DNA from: Takakia lepidozioides
Taxonomy: Eukaryota > Plantae > Bryophyta
DNA: 64,000 nt
NCBI GenBank assembly: GCA_030704615.1
Contig: CM060734.1
Span: 63,674,001 to 63,738,000, forward strand
Direction of reading: 5' to 3'
Of this stretch, positions 1-11,990 are shown piece after piece. The notes below the pieces were generated by a model that saw only the letters and a list, made by a program, of their open reading frames with translations, had not been told where the DNA came from and did no database searches. How positions within the stretch are numbered: position 1 is the first letter of the stretch; each line of letters opens with the position of its first letter. A program made the position numbers and the translations under genes.

Positions 1-294
1 AGCTGCCGTCTTTCCATCCTTGTCGATATAAACCCATTGGAAGTCTGTGCCTGCTGCGATATAGCCGAGAATGAATTGAATGTCCCCATAAAACGTCGCA
101 CTAAGTGGCCTCATCTTTCTCAAAATATCCTCTTCAGCAGCAGGTAAGCCGGCCAGCTTGTCCTCACCAACCAGAAAAGTGCATCCCCGGCAATTCCAAT
201 CATGTCAGGCCTCAGCTGTTTTCCAATAGTTTCGGTGTTAGAAGTACCTGTCTTCTTTTCAGAAGTATTGAACAAAAGCTTGGCATTCAAAGCA

Positions 295-1897
295 TTTCCA
301 GGGGTGCATAACTGGCCCCCCTAAAACTTGTTTGCCCGGATCGTGTTTATCTTGCACCCGGTGCATCCGCGTTGTACTGCTACACTTGTTTTGACACTTT
401 ATGTGAACCCTAAACTTTCTTATAGTGTTAGCTGCAACACATCTTTAATCGCTTTCACCTAATGGAGACAGATGTTGATCTTCATTCTTTTGACCAAGCT
501 GCTCATTCATTGGATGTGGCAACAATACGAAGACCGAGCCGTGTTTCTTCTTGGAGGTCGGAAGGTGGGGATCGTGGTTGGACACGTTCAGGACAACACA
601 ACTGCAGGCTTAAGCAAGACGATGGTTGCGCGATGGTTGCGCGATGGTCTGCGTGTGCAAAGCTCTTACGAGTTTTGCGTTCCTTTCGAAGTGGTTTCAG
701 CCCTTACGACTTTGCACAACATGCTCTACTTCAGCATAATTGGTTGTTGCATAGTCATAAACTCACGGAGTTAGTTGTATTTTAGAGATATGCAATTGAC
801 TATTTGGATGATTTTTATTCTTTGGATCTGGTTCTCTCTTGTCGAGAACTTGTTTTCATCCACTGGATGACTTTCTCCCACCGAGACTTTTTGGACTATT
901 TTCTCCGTACGAGACGTATGTTGGATGGTTTTTCTCCTCACGAGACATCCACTGGAAGATTGTCCACACGAGGCAGTTCACTCCTAGTAGTATATAAGCG
1001 AGGGGGTGGGGTTTGTATCTCATTCCTTTTCTTTCCCACTGATGAGCTCATGTGCTGAGCGGAACTAGTCTGGGGTTTATAAAGGTCTGGCTTCACTACT
1101 TTGCATGATCTTGCCTCGTGGTTTCACCCTTTGAAGTTGTCGAGTTTTAGATGCGTTTGTATCCCCTCATTTAGATCATTGCATTGTTATGTGCTCTCTG
1201 TCTATACGGCATGCCATAAACTCCCTCATCCAGTGAAATAGTTCTCATACGCTCCTTTCAGGTTTGATTCACAGGATCTGAAATTTTTCCAGGGGTGCAT
1301 AACTGGCCCCCCTAAAACTTGTTTGCCCGGATCGTGTTTATCTTGCACCCAGTGCATCCGCGTTGTACTGCTACACTTGTTTTGACACTTTATGTGAACC
1401 CTAAACTTTCTTATAGTGTTAGCTGCAACACATCTTTAATTGCCTTCACCTAATGGAGGCAGATGTTGATCTTCATTCTTTTGACCAAGTTGCTCATTCA
1501 TTGGATGAGGCAACAATACGAAGACCGAGCCGTGTTTCTTCTTGGAGGTCGGAAGGTGGGGATCGTGGTTGGACTCGTTCAGGACAACACAGCTGCAGGC
1601 TTTAGCAAGACGATGGTTGCGCGATGGTCTGCGTGTGCAAAACGCTTACGAGTTTTGCGTTCCTTTCGAAGTGGTTTCAGCCTTACGACTTTGCACAACA
1701 TGCTCTAACTTCAGCATAATTGGTTGTTGCATAGTCATAAACTCATGGAGTTAGTTGTATTTTAGAGATATGCAATTGACTATTTGGATGATTTTTATTC
1801 TTTGGATCTGGTTCTCTCTTGTCGAGAACTTGTTTTCATCCACTGGATGACTTTCTCCCACCGAGACTTTTTGGACTATTTTCTCCGTACGAGACGT
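295..1897 (+). repeat. Direct repeat, LTR-like: copy 1 at 295-917, copy 2 at 1286-1897 (offset 991 bp)
   Basis: Near-identical ~610-bp blocks starting TTTCCAGGGGTGCATAACTGGCCCCCC; TATA-like TATATAAG at 991. The duplicated short ORFs (472/1463, 804/1784) simply reflect the repeat. Confidence 0.85.
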
Positions 1898-1898
1898 C

Positions 1899-1946
1899 TT
1901 TTATGGGTTAACGGTTTAGGGTTTAACGGTTTAGGGTTTAGGGTTT
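1899..1946 (+). repeat. Interstitial telomere-like tract (TTTAGGG and variants)
   Basis: tttatgggttaacggtttagggtttaacggtttagggtttagggttt begins where repeat copy 2 stops matching copy 1. Confidence 0.8.
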
Positions 1947-2550
1947 ACAAAAGAGTGGTAACAAATACATGTAGCAGTGCAACAGAGTTCGAACCGCGAA
2001 TGCACCGGGTGCATTAGTAGCAAAGTGCAAACAAGTTTTAGGGGGGCCAGTTATAGACACCTTAGAGAACTTGTAGAAATATCTAGCCTGTGAATCAAAA
2101 CTAAAAGAATCGATCCTGAGACACAGAAAACTAGAATAGAACAGAGTGGGAGTGATGTTGCAACGTTCTAAAGTGCAAATGCAAAGATATGCAAGAGGCA
2201 AGTGTGTGTGATGAAACTAATTCACTGTAAGGACAGGAGAATAGTAACCTATCTCTAAGAAAGAGAATAAACACACTAAAGAACAGTCTTAGAAGGAGAT
2301 CTAACATGCAACACTCGAAAAGGAGTTTAAAACATGCACTACAATAGACACAAAGCAAATGAATGCAATGAACTATGCAGAAGATCAAATCTAAAACTCA
2401 ACAACAACAACAACGCCGCCAATGAGACAAAGAGACAAGAACACAAGATGCAGCAAAGCGAATCTCTATAATCCCCAAACTAGTTTCGCTCAGCGCGTGA
2501 GCTCATCAGTGGGAAAGAGAAGGAAAAGAGATACAATGTGCACCTCTCAC
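1947..2550 (-). repeat. Inverted, diverged relative of the 295-1897 LTR-like repeat
   Basis: About 2027-2060 is the reverse complement of ggtg..taactggcccccctaaaacttgtttgc (302-335), and about 2477-2550 matches the reverse complement of about 1000-1068. Confidence 0.7.
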
Positions 2551-3005
2551 CGGGGGCTGCTATTTCATGAGCCATGAGCCATGAGCCATGAGCAGAGTCG
2601 TAAGTGTCGAAAAAAACATGAGCAGGACTATTTTACGGAAATGAGTGTCCGTGGGAATAGGGTTTAGGGTGTCACGGTCATAGGGGGAGAAGGACCTCCC
2701 GAAGAAGGAGGTTCGGCAATGTTTTTTAGAATTACATATTGAAAGGCAGTGTTTCGCGAATGGTAGGGTGGTACTGATCTGTACAATGGGGGCCCATTTC
2801 AGCCTACCAGCCACTTGCAAAATCCACCCACACTCCCAATCCCAAACGAAATGAGGAATGACGCATTTTGGGAACGATGGATACAGAATAGAACAAAAAG
2901 AGGGCACAATGGGGTTTTTATTGATCCACATGAATTGCATTTGAAGCACGTCTACTGTGCTGATTGTGCAAACAAATCTTTAGCCCTGTGCCTTCTGAAT
3001 ACAAG

Positions 3006-3719
3006 TCACGTTGTCAATGGGACTTCGACTGCTCTCACAACTAGCTCATGAGTCTTCGGGCTCCTCCAGGTAAACTGGATTGCAGCCGTTGTACCGCCCC
3101 TGTTGATGTTCACCACAATGTCCTGCCCTTCAATCATACCACCATCGAATATGGAAAGCTTCACGATTTCGCCGTCCACACCAATGCAAATGTCCCCATA
3201 CAATGGAGAAGATGACCGCACTCCTTCAGGAGTATAAGTCTCTCCGATGGAGTCCACCCACGTCCACTGGCAGCAGTTCCACCGCAACAGCATAGCAGTG
3301 CGCATTCTTCTGCATGGGTTCCCGTCGTAGCTGGGAAAATCGGAATCAAGGATGCGCAGGAGCCACGGACTCCTCAGACCAAGATCGTCACCCCGCTCGA
3401 AGGCGTACTGGCCTGGGAGATACTCAAAAGCGGACAATGTTTCGACATTCGAACCAGTATCTTCTGTGTAATCTGTGTACCAGATAACGATGTCTCCCGA
3501 TGTGGCCGAATACATTGCATAATCGATGCCTCCATAAGGGCAGTCGTCCTGGTTCCGGAAGCACGGCATCCTTGCAAAGGAGGACCTGAGGACGTCTTTG
3601 ATGCCGATGACAATCACCTTGCGGACAGCAACGAAGCCCTTAGATTTTCGAAATGATGAGAAGCGGAAGAGCAGTGCGGGCTCCAATAATGGACCATCTC
3701 GGTCACAAGTACCCACCAA
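3006..3719 (-). CDS. Orphan protein A (unknown function), transposon cargo
   Basis: 237-aa ORF aligning over about 200 aa with a paralogue at 4096-4704 (MPCxRNxxDCPY, SGDIxxW, PWxLxIxD, RWNCCQ, YGDI, ELVxRAxEVP). True start uncertain. Confidence 0.65.
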   Translation of the reverse strand: MVGTCDRDGPLLEPALLFRFSSFRKSKGFVAVRKVIVIGIKDVLRSSFARMPCFRNQDDCPYGGIDYAMYSATSGDIVIWYTDYTEDTGSNVETLSAFEYLPGQYAFERGDDLGLRSPWLLRILDSDFPSYDGNPCRRMRTAMLLRWNCCQWTWVDSIGETYTPEGVRSSSPLYGDICIGVDGEIVKLSIFDGGMIEGQDIVVNINRGGTTAAIQFTWRSPKTHELVVRAVEVPLTT

Positions 3720-4095
3720 TCATCGTGTAACGTGTTCAACAAGCCAGCGGTGGATGAACCGATACCTCTTTCTCATCCACGGGGTATAGTTTGAAATCTG
3801 CCACCGAAGTCCATCCCCCGGATGGAAATTCGGCACCGCATTTACATCGAAGGGGGAATGGACTTCGTCGTCTCGAATGGCTATAGGCCCACCTGCCACT
3901 TACTGCCCATAGTTTGCATGGCAGGGAAGGAAACTGAATCGGCTACGTCCATGGATGAGCCAATCTTCATCCCTGCAGGTTCCTGTCGGGGGGAAATTTA
4001 AATGTGCCCTGGAGTATTTGTGAGGAATTACAGCGTTTGCTTGAATTTCTTCCAGCCACCGCGCTGCTACCTCCTCCATCCGGGAGCTGCTGTCA

Positions 4096-4704
4096 TTGAG
4101 CGTACTGCGCTACTCTTTTTCAGGGATGCCGTGCCGCCGAAATCCTGCTGACTGCCCTTATCATGGCCACGATTATGCTATGTTCAAACCACAATCAGGA
4201 GACATCATTGTCTGGCTTTCACTTTTCACAGACGCATATGGAATCAAGCGGGAGTCTTTGCGCGCAATGGAGTATCCGGAGGGCTATTCCCGCTTTGAGC
4301 GAGGTGAGGGCGAGGGTCAATGCGGTCCGTGGGTCCTGAAAATTGTTGACCTCGATATACCAAGGTGGAATGGGATGCCGGACAGATCACGCATGGCCTC
4401 ACTTTGGCGCTGGAACTGCTGCCAGTAGACCAGGGAGGACGGCACCGGGGAAAACTATATTCGTGGAGTTCACTCCGCTTTTCCAGTGTATGGAGACATT
4501 CGGCTGAGTTGCGAAGACGAATCGCACGGGCATAGGAGGCCCACAGTGACCTTGTCGATGTATGATGGTGGTATAATTGATGGGTATGACATTGTCATCA
4601 GCTCCACCAAGGGCACCAGATCGACCGCATTGCAATTTACCTCGAGATGCCGCATCAGTAATGAGCTTGTTTTGAGGGCTATCGAAGTTCCGTCGACTTG
4701 GTGA
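4096..4704 (+). pseudogene. Orphan protein B, paralogue of 3006-3719, with one premature stop
   Basis: ORFs 4096-4428 and 4486-4704 are in the same frame. TAG at 4426-4428 replaces the Trp of WNCCQW in the paralogue. Confidence 0.75.
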
Positions 4705-4964
4705 CACCCATGTAGAAGGAAGAAGGGCTTAGATTTGTCTGGAGTTGCTAAATGTGAGACACCGTGTTTGATCAATAAAACAACCCATCGTACCTCACTT
4801 CTGTGTGCTTGTGTTTCAACGTGTTCAAGAACTGCCGTAATTGGCCCACTCTCATTTCTACAATGTGTCTGTCCATATGAATATACCAGAGTCAGCGATA
4901 TCACAGTCCTGAGGTGAAGAAAATCCATGTATGAGTTGTAGGAAACATGTACACGCCGAAGCTC

Positions 4965-6030
4965 GGAAATTCGGCACCGCATTCCATTTTCTCCATGATG
5001 CTTTTTCTGGCAGCTCCCTTTCCTCCGTTGTCGTCGTAACGGAAATGCTGTACAACATTTCATTTCCTGACATGGCATTACCATACTTCGAATTTGAAAT
5101 GCGGCGCCGCAACACCACATTCGACCTTGAACTATCCAAGCATGTCCAGTCGCTAATGCTTGTCCATGTTCATACTTGAAATGCGGCACCGCATTTCCAT
5201 GTCCGTCATCAAAATTTTGTACCGGACAATGAAATGCGGCACCGCATTTCCATGTCCGTCATCAAAATTTTGTACCGGACAATGAAATGCGGCACAACAT
5301 TTCCGGAGAGCACAATGGAATGCGGTGCCGCATTTCCGTCGAAGGGTCTGGAATTGGACAAACAACGATGTCCGTTCTGGAAATGTGGCACCGCATTTCC
5401 ATGTCTGTCATCAAAATATCGAATCGGACAATGGAATGCGGTGCCGCATTTCCGTCCATCAAGACGGAATGCCCACAGGGGTCTGGAATTGGACAAACAA
5501 TGATGTTTGTTTTGGAAATGCGGCGCCGCATTTCCCATGTTGGGCAATTGAAAGTTTTTATAGGACAATGTAAGTTTTAATAGGACGATGGAATGCGGTG
5601 CCGCATTTCCATCAAAGGGTCTGGAATCAGGCAAACAACGATGTCCCTTTTGGAAATGCGGCGCCGCATTTCCATGTACGTCATCAAAATTTCTTATTGG
5701 AGAATGGAATGCGGTGTCGCATTCCCGTCTAGCATCATGGAATTGGGAGCCCAAGAACATGGATGGGTCTGCAGTTGGAAAAATGTCCATCTCCAAAAGG
5801 TAAATGCGGCACCGCATTTCCATGTTCGACCTCCGCATTTCGATTTACATCCATGGAAGGAGCTGGCAATCGGCAAAACTGTCGTGTCATAAACAGTTTC
5901 TGATGTCCAAACCATGAAACGGAAATTTTTTCTTGCCCCGGTTTTGGAAATGCGGTGCCGCATTTCCAAACGAGGTTTTTGCAGTTGCCACATTTCCGTT
6001 CAGACATTGAAATGTGGTGCCGCATTTCAG
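4965..6030. repeat. Array of about 15 copies of the 20-bp palindrome GAAATGCGG-YR-CCGCATTTC
   Basis: Copies at about 4965, 5096, 5178, 5231, 5284, 5317, 5380, 5433, 5515, 5590, 5653, 5706, 5801, 5947 and 6009. Two recurring spacer types give 53- and ~63-bp periods. Confidence 0.95.
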
Positions 6031-6165
6031 ATTTTGGGAGGGACCAGGTTTGGACAATGTTGTCGTTTAGAAGCACATGGGAGAGGGGACATGAAGGACG
6101 GGGAGAATTCCCTTTATATACTCTGGAATTGAATTTAAATGTACAGAGAGTTCATTAAAATTGTA

Positions 6166-8650
6166 TTAATCTTGAAAATCATCACTACTGTCGTCCTGTC
6201 CTTGACTGTCCTGCTCCGCCTCCACCCCGTCATTGCCTTTCTCATCTCCAGCGGACTGGTCGTTGGCCAGGCTTTCGAAAATCCCATCTTCACCTTGCGG
6301 AACCGACCATCGCACCTCCGTTGGCTCGTCGTCCTCCCTGTCTGCATCGCTCTCATCCGCTGAATCACATATGAACTTTCGCACCCGTCTACCTGCCTCA
6401 GCTGTTGCCAACTCTTTCTTTATCCTTCTGTCCTCCCTAGCCCTCTCCAAAATCTGCTCTACTTTACTGGGATTCTCACATCGTCTAATCGCTGTATTTG
6501 CGAGTTTAGCTGCATAACTAGAAAGGGAGTAGTCCTTCACCGGGCTCGTCATGAAGTCGGCCCTGGCAAAGAACGGGACATTCTTCCTGGCAGGAAGTGT
6601 AGGCCTTACATGTTTCGACCCGGATCCTCCAATCCTGCACATAACAATCACCAACGAGACCAATGAGAACCACAATCCGGATATGCGTTTGACAAAAAAT
6701 CACACAGAAGGCTTTGCAAACTTACAATGTTTGCACTCACTCGTATTCCGGGTTCTCCTCGGCATCAATGTCCACTGTCTCTTCCTCCGACTCCGACGAA
6801 TCCGAGTAGTCTTTCACTTCGATGGGAGCCTTCACATTCCGTTGCAGCCCTTCCAGGTGGGATCCCTAGACGCCTGTGTCCTCCTCGTAGGCAAAGAGGT
6901 GCCGGTCGGAAAACCGCCCAACCCACATTGAGGCACCTGTTACAATGCCATCCACACATCATGACATGGCCCTTCAGAAGTTGCGAATGAAAGCATAACG
7001 AGAGTTTGCAGAAAAACATACAACAAGATTATGCATACCTGTCCCACAGATGAGGTCTAGCACTGTGCCCTCCACGTCAGTGCATGTCTCCATAATTGTC
7101 TGAATGAAGGCAGGGCTCCGAGTGCGTGAATACCGCAGGGGTTCAGTTGAAGTGAGGCTATGAGGGAGAAGTTCCGTGGGAACGTTGTTGAACAGGACGT
7201 CGTAATCGATGGGGTCGCAGTTCGGGTCAACCAACAATCCCTCCTTCCGGAAAGCAAAGGTCGAGTTCTCCTTCACAAAGCAGTATGCATCGAACTGCTT
7301 CGTTCTTGCGATATGATCATCTTGGATATTCCAGACGGAGAGCCTGTGGAAGGACTGCAAGCTTTGCCATCTTGGAACAGGTACTCCAAGGACTTTTGGA
7401 AGAAAGGATCGGGCTCGCCCACATGGTGTTGGACGACAGAGGCTGTGTGGTTGTCCTGGCGAGCAGAGGCAAAAACACGCAGACAGGAATTGCGAAGTGG
7501 ACCCGCAAGAGCGCCCTCCCAATTCTGAAGAAGAAGTGGACGTGCATCAACACATTGGGCTTTCGGTCGGAAGGGAAGAAGGTAATTACGACCTTGGCAC
7601 TCGTCCTTTCATTTTCTTAGGAGTCTTCAAATGCGGTGCCACATTCGATTTCTAATCGTTCCCCACTGTGTATGATTTCCGCCCCTCCTGCAATCCTTGT
7701 CTGCACACACCCTCTCAAAGAACGAGACCATCTTCAGAAACCCGGGGGTGTCGGAAGGCTCTTCGGTAGCCGCCTTCTTCAGTGCTCTGCCCTTCAGAAC
7801 CTCCATGGTCTTCATGTATGCCAACTTGGCTGCCCGTCCATCCAAAGCCGCCAAGAAACTCTCATTCACACACTGGACTACTGTATTGGGATCCACTTTT
7901 GGCCTCTTCATTTCCACCGGCTCGAAAGGGTGCCCCCCCGGGGGGTTGAAGAGTACCTTCTTTGCCGAGCCAGTTCTCGTCCCTCTCGTGACAACGGTGG
8001 GCACAGGGGATTTCGGCTGCGTCTCGGGGGTACCATGTCCGGTCAGTTTTTGCCACGGCTTTCTGAATGAGCTCGGGCTCCAGCATTTCCGCGAACATGT
8101 GCGGATCAGTGAGACCAGTTTTCCTCACCCTGTACAGCATATATTACAAATTATGAGTAGCATAATATTCAACGGGACGCGAATTCGTCCAACTCACCTC
8201 CCGCATATAGTCGCCGACAGGGGCCCTGGCTCAAGAGCCCCCGTTCTTCATGGCTTGGACTGTGGCCCAAGCTGTGTCTACACACCCGAGCTGCAGAAAC
8301 AATGGCATGCCGCGCATCTGGTTGGATGCCCGTGGTACCTGGACATGTCTGGCGGAATTGTTGACGAGTCTGAGAAAGATCTGCACGCAAAAGCAGAAGA
8401 GAAGAGAAAGGAAAGACGTGTCCCTGCTCGGCCAGAGTCGGCAAATGAAGCTGCTGCTCTGGAACAATCCAGAAAGGCAGCTGAGATGGCACAGAAAACG
8501 GTGGATGCAGCTGTGCAGGCTCAACAGAAGGGGTCAAAGAAGCGGACTCGCCAGCAAGGAGCAGCAGTTGTGACACCCAAGAAAACGAAGAAGCAGAAAC
8601 AGATAGTGCAGGTAGAGGGTGAGGAAGAGGACTCCGATGGAGACTTTGCA
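6166..8650 (-). pseudogene. Beta-class DNA amino-methyltransferase-like (N6_N4_Mtase fold) gene, intron-containing, disrupted by inversions
   Basis: Minus-strand exons ~7286-7039, 6936-6741 and 6634-6166 splice in frame (GT-AG) to RSPAFIQTIMETCTDVEGTVLDLICGT-GASMWVGRFSDRHLFAYEED (motifs X-I-II). The motif IV/VI-like DMIILDIPDG...LAHMVLDDRGCVVVL lies on an inverted piece (~7290-7581, plus). Premature TAG at 6866-6868. Minus-strand pieces at 8992-9947 may be further upstream exons. Confidence 0.7.
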
Positions 8651-11448
8651 ACGAGCCCAAATGGCCAGGGCGGGATTGCCCCCTCCCAATTTCCGTGGTT
8701 TCATGGCGGACAATGCACAAGCAAATCGGGCTGCCATCCGAAGGGTGTACGGGGAAGACCCCAATGTTCCGATGGAAGGCAAGGAGAGATTTTGTGGGTT
8801 CCATTTTCTGCAGAGCTTGTCGCAGTACATAACCAGGCTCGTGGCACCAGATTTCAGAGAGGAGCACCATTCCATGTGTCTTGCGTGGAAGCGTGCTCCC
8901 ACCTTGGATGATGCAGAGACACAGTTTGCATGTATACGGGCTTGGTGGACAATGTCAGGTGCTGTAAGACGAGGGAGCAATGGTCAGTTGGCTAGCATGG
9001 TGGCATTATCGAAGAAGCACGTATTTCATATACCTGCAGGGCAGTCAGCTTGCGTGAGCAAAAGTTGAGACCAACGTACTCGCAGAGTGCAACCGAAAAC
9101 ATAAAATGCGAATGCGGTGCCGCATTTCCCAGACAAACCTCATTACCAGGCTTTGTGTACAATGATAGCTGGGCTTCACCTGTAAACAATTTGCATTGCA
9201 GCTTTCCCGCTCCCTCCTGATGTGTAAACTCCACGCTCTTTCTTGCTGTCTGTAGCTCCCTGGCGAAGAGGTTGTCCTTGTACGCACATCTGAAACGTGT
9301 CACGTAGTCTTCCAATGTCTGTGTTCCATCCCATTTGACGTACAAGCCGAACGAATTTGTATGCATTACGACTTGCTCCTTCGCATTCGTCATTACCTGC
9401 GATTCCCACATGCATTGTCACGTAGCAGTTCAGGGAATTCATTTCAGAAAAGCAACTCTGGGGAAGTACCTTGAATTACCTGGAACCACCAAGTCATGCG
9501 GTTGAGCCACACATCCACTGCAGGGTCGGAAACTTCGAGTGGAAAAGACCACATTGTCCTTATACTCTCCGATGCATTCCAGATCGACAGCCACCGTGTC
9601 TGCCATTTCCGATCCAATGTCAGGAGTAGGAAGAAGAGTGACTATTGCTAGGAATGAACTTCAGTGAATTGAAACATCACCTTCTCTTTCGCTTCAACAC
9701 ATGTCGTTGAGAGGTGATGCAGTTTCTCCAACTGCATGGTCGGCTGCATGGCCCGAGAATAGTGTTTTGCAATCTCGGGGATGAAGTCCTTTCCAAGTGC
9801 CGGATCTGCAATGGCCACCAGCTTCACAAGCTTTGACTTGTATTTCGTTCTGGACTTGACCCCGACTTCCTTCAAGTGCTCAGTCAATGACTGCAACGTT
9901 TTGACCTGCCCCTCACTTTCCATGAAGAAGCGTTTGGTATGGGCCAAATCCAGCTTGATGTTTGACTGCCAACAAAAACATGCAGAAGCGTTACATTCGA
10001 TTCATGTGGAAAGATTACCGGAAATTGAGGCAGAATGAGCAGAGGGAAATGGGAGGACGACTTACTTCGTATATCACCTCCACCATTCCAAACATGGCCG
10101 AATCAGTACATTCTTCCTGGCGTGCCTCCTCTGCGGCGCATCTGGTGGACATCCTCACTGCCACAACGAAGGACATTGTGAGATCAATTATGCAGCAATG
10201 TAGGTACAACGAGTTCTTGAAAGGGAAACAGTGGGGCTTGGGGCCGGACAGGCAGGAAATGCTGATGTGGACTAACTCCAGATCGAAGAATCCTTAGAGG
10301 TGGGCGGCAGCCTTGCGAGAGGCCTTCGGGACACGCCATTGCTTCGAAGAGGCCAATACTTGGAAGGAGATGTTCACACCCGTCCAGTGAGACGAAGACT
10401 TGATGAGGCACCTGGCGGAGAAGAGGATTCATAGCGAGCTGACAAGAATATTCGCATGCTCCCTCGTGGTCCCGTGATGTTGCCTGAGAAGGTCTCGTCG
10501 AGCACCGCAAGTCCTGCACGTTCAAGATCGCCATCTCCTTTGAGCACAGGGCACGTGCCCGAGGAACATAACGAGCCATCTGTAGTAACGCAGTACAATA
10601 TACCCATTATGGAGACAAGAGTGTCGGAGTCACAGTGGAGAATTGCAAGGACATTGTCGGCATTTCGAGGGAAGTGCTGCGCCATCCAGGTGGATACGAG
10701 AGTACGCTGTGGTGAGATGATTCGGAGGAACCCACACGGTGCTGTACCTGCACCTTGTTTCAGCGGCAAATTTTTGATTCCCACATTTTCTCATGCCACA
10801 ACGCAGACATTTTGGTTATGTAGGCACGACATAATGACATGTGTATTTGGCAAGCCCAAGTACGGGATTCAGGGAATGCCGGAGCCTCCGGGCGTCTCGC
10901 CTGTTGCACCAGGTTGCAACCTCTCTCAGAATGAGGCGGATGCTATGGTGCAACGCACAGACGTCCCGGCCCACGCATTTTTAGTTCCTCAGACCCAGCC
11001 ATTGCAGACTGCTCGGTCCAGTAGAGACGGATTGGACAATTCTGCACATCCCACAATGCGATTCGGAAGAGTGAAGAGACGACACCCTCCCAACAAGTTG
11101 AATGAGACTCGGATTGCCATTGCTCTTGGGATGGCTTGCACTGTTCAGAGCTCCGTGGACGTACCCCCACCCGGCCTTGGGCGTGTTTATCGGATGGCAA
11201 CAGCCGGCTCAGCTGTACGCGACGACCTATACACAATTACGATTGGAGTGGAGCCGACTTGCAATTGTACGGACTTCTCGTTGATGGAAGCAAAGAAGGG
11301 GTCAAAGTATTATCCGTGCAAGCATCTGTATTACATTTACCTGAAGAGGTTGAGAATGAACTTGACTATTGATTACTTTATTCATGCACCAGCGTTGAGC
11401 GTGAATGAGCTACACAAACTCCTCCGCCGGGATTGCAAAAATCATTGA
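8650..11448 (+). pseudogene. MULE/Mutator DDE transposase with C-terminal SWIM finger, fragmented
   Basis: FRGFMADNAQAN..AIRRVYG..RFCGFHFLQSL (catalytic D plus CxxH, ~8690-8820); PNMAESVHS (catalytic E, ~10090-10115); TCNCTDF...PCKHLYY SWIM (~11255-11335). Interrupted by minus-strand segments. Confidence 0.8.
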
Positions 11449-11724
11449 TGGGGCAAAGAGAATCCACCATATGGATATTTGCAATTGCATTTTGATGCAT
11501 TAGACTTTGTTTTGCAGTGTAATGAAATGCACCCCAAAACTCCTAGAATGATACAGACAATATTAAAGTAATGCTTTTAAACACTATGGACTGCTGGATA
11601 TCCGTTGACGTCTAGTGAAAATTCAATGTCGAAACAGAATCAATATTAAGATGGCGGCAAGAAAAACTTACAAATCTTCCAGAAAACTGAGTTCCAACAG
11701 TAGCAGTTGTGGGGGCCATTTCTG

Positions 11725-11990
11725 GAAAAATGGCGCCGAATTTCCAGTTACATGACCCAGAACTACCGAACATCTGTGCAATCCCCGGCACCATGTACCG
11801 AAATTTGGCGCCACATTTCCAAATTTTGGGTTTACACACCTGCCATGTTGGGACTTATAACCGCGAAATTCGGCACCATTTTCCGCCGGAGACACCTATT
11901 ACCGCAAAATTCGTCGCAGATTTCTCCGGTTGCGGAACCTATTACCGCGAAAATCGGCGCCATTTTTGCAAATGTCGCTCGGAATTCGCA
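11725..11990. repeat. Second cluster of variant palindromes (GAAATT[C/T]GGC[A/G]CC..TTTC) near the right end of the MULE
   Basis: Copies near 11727, 11800, 11865, 11905 and 11949, three preceded by tat(a/t)accgc. Confidence 0.75.

Noticed and set aside
4965-6030. CRISPR array
   Set aside because: Spacers recur (two types), there are no cas genes, and the context is eukaryotic.
5153-6158. Many overlapping ORFs (GNAAPHF/KCGTAF/EMRCRIS)
   Set aside because: They are translations of the palindromic array.
6166-8650. Bacterial restriction-modification contamination
   Set aside because: In-frame spliceosomal introns, plant TE context and no endonuclease partner.
7697-8911. 404-aa ORF as one gene
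   Set aside because: Chimera of an antisense block, an MTase-gene block and an off-frame transposase across rearrangement junctions.
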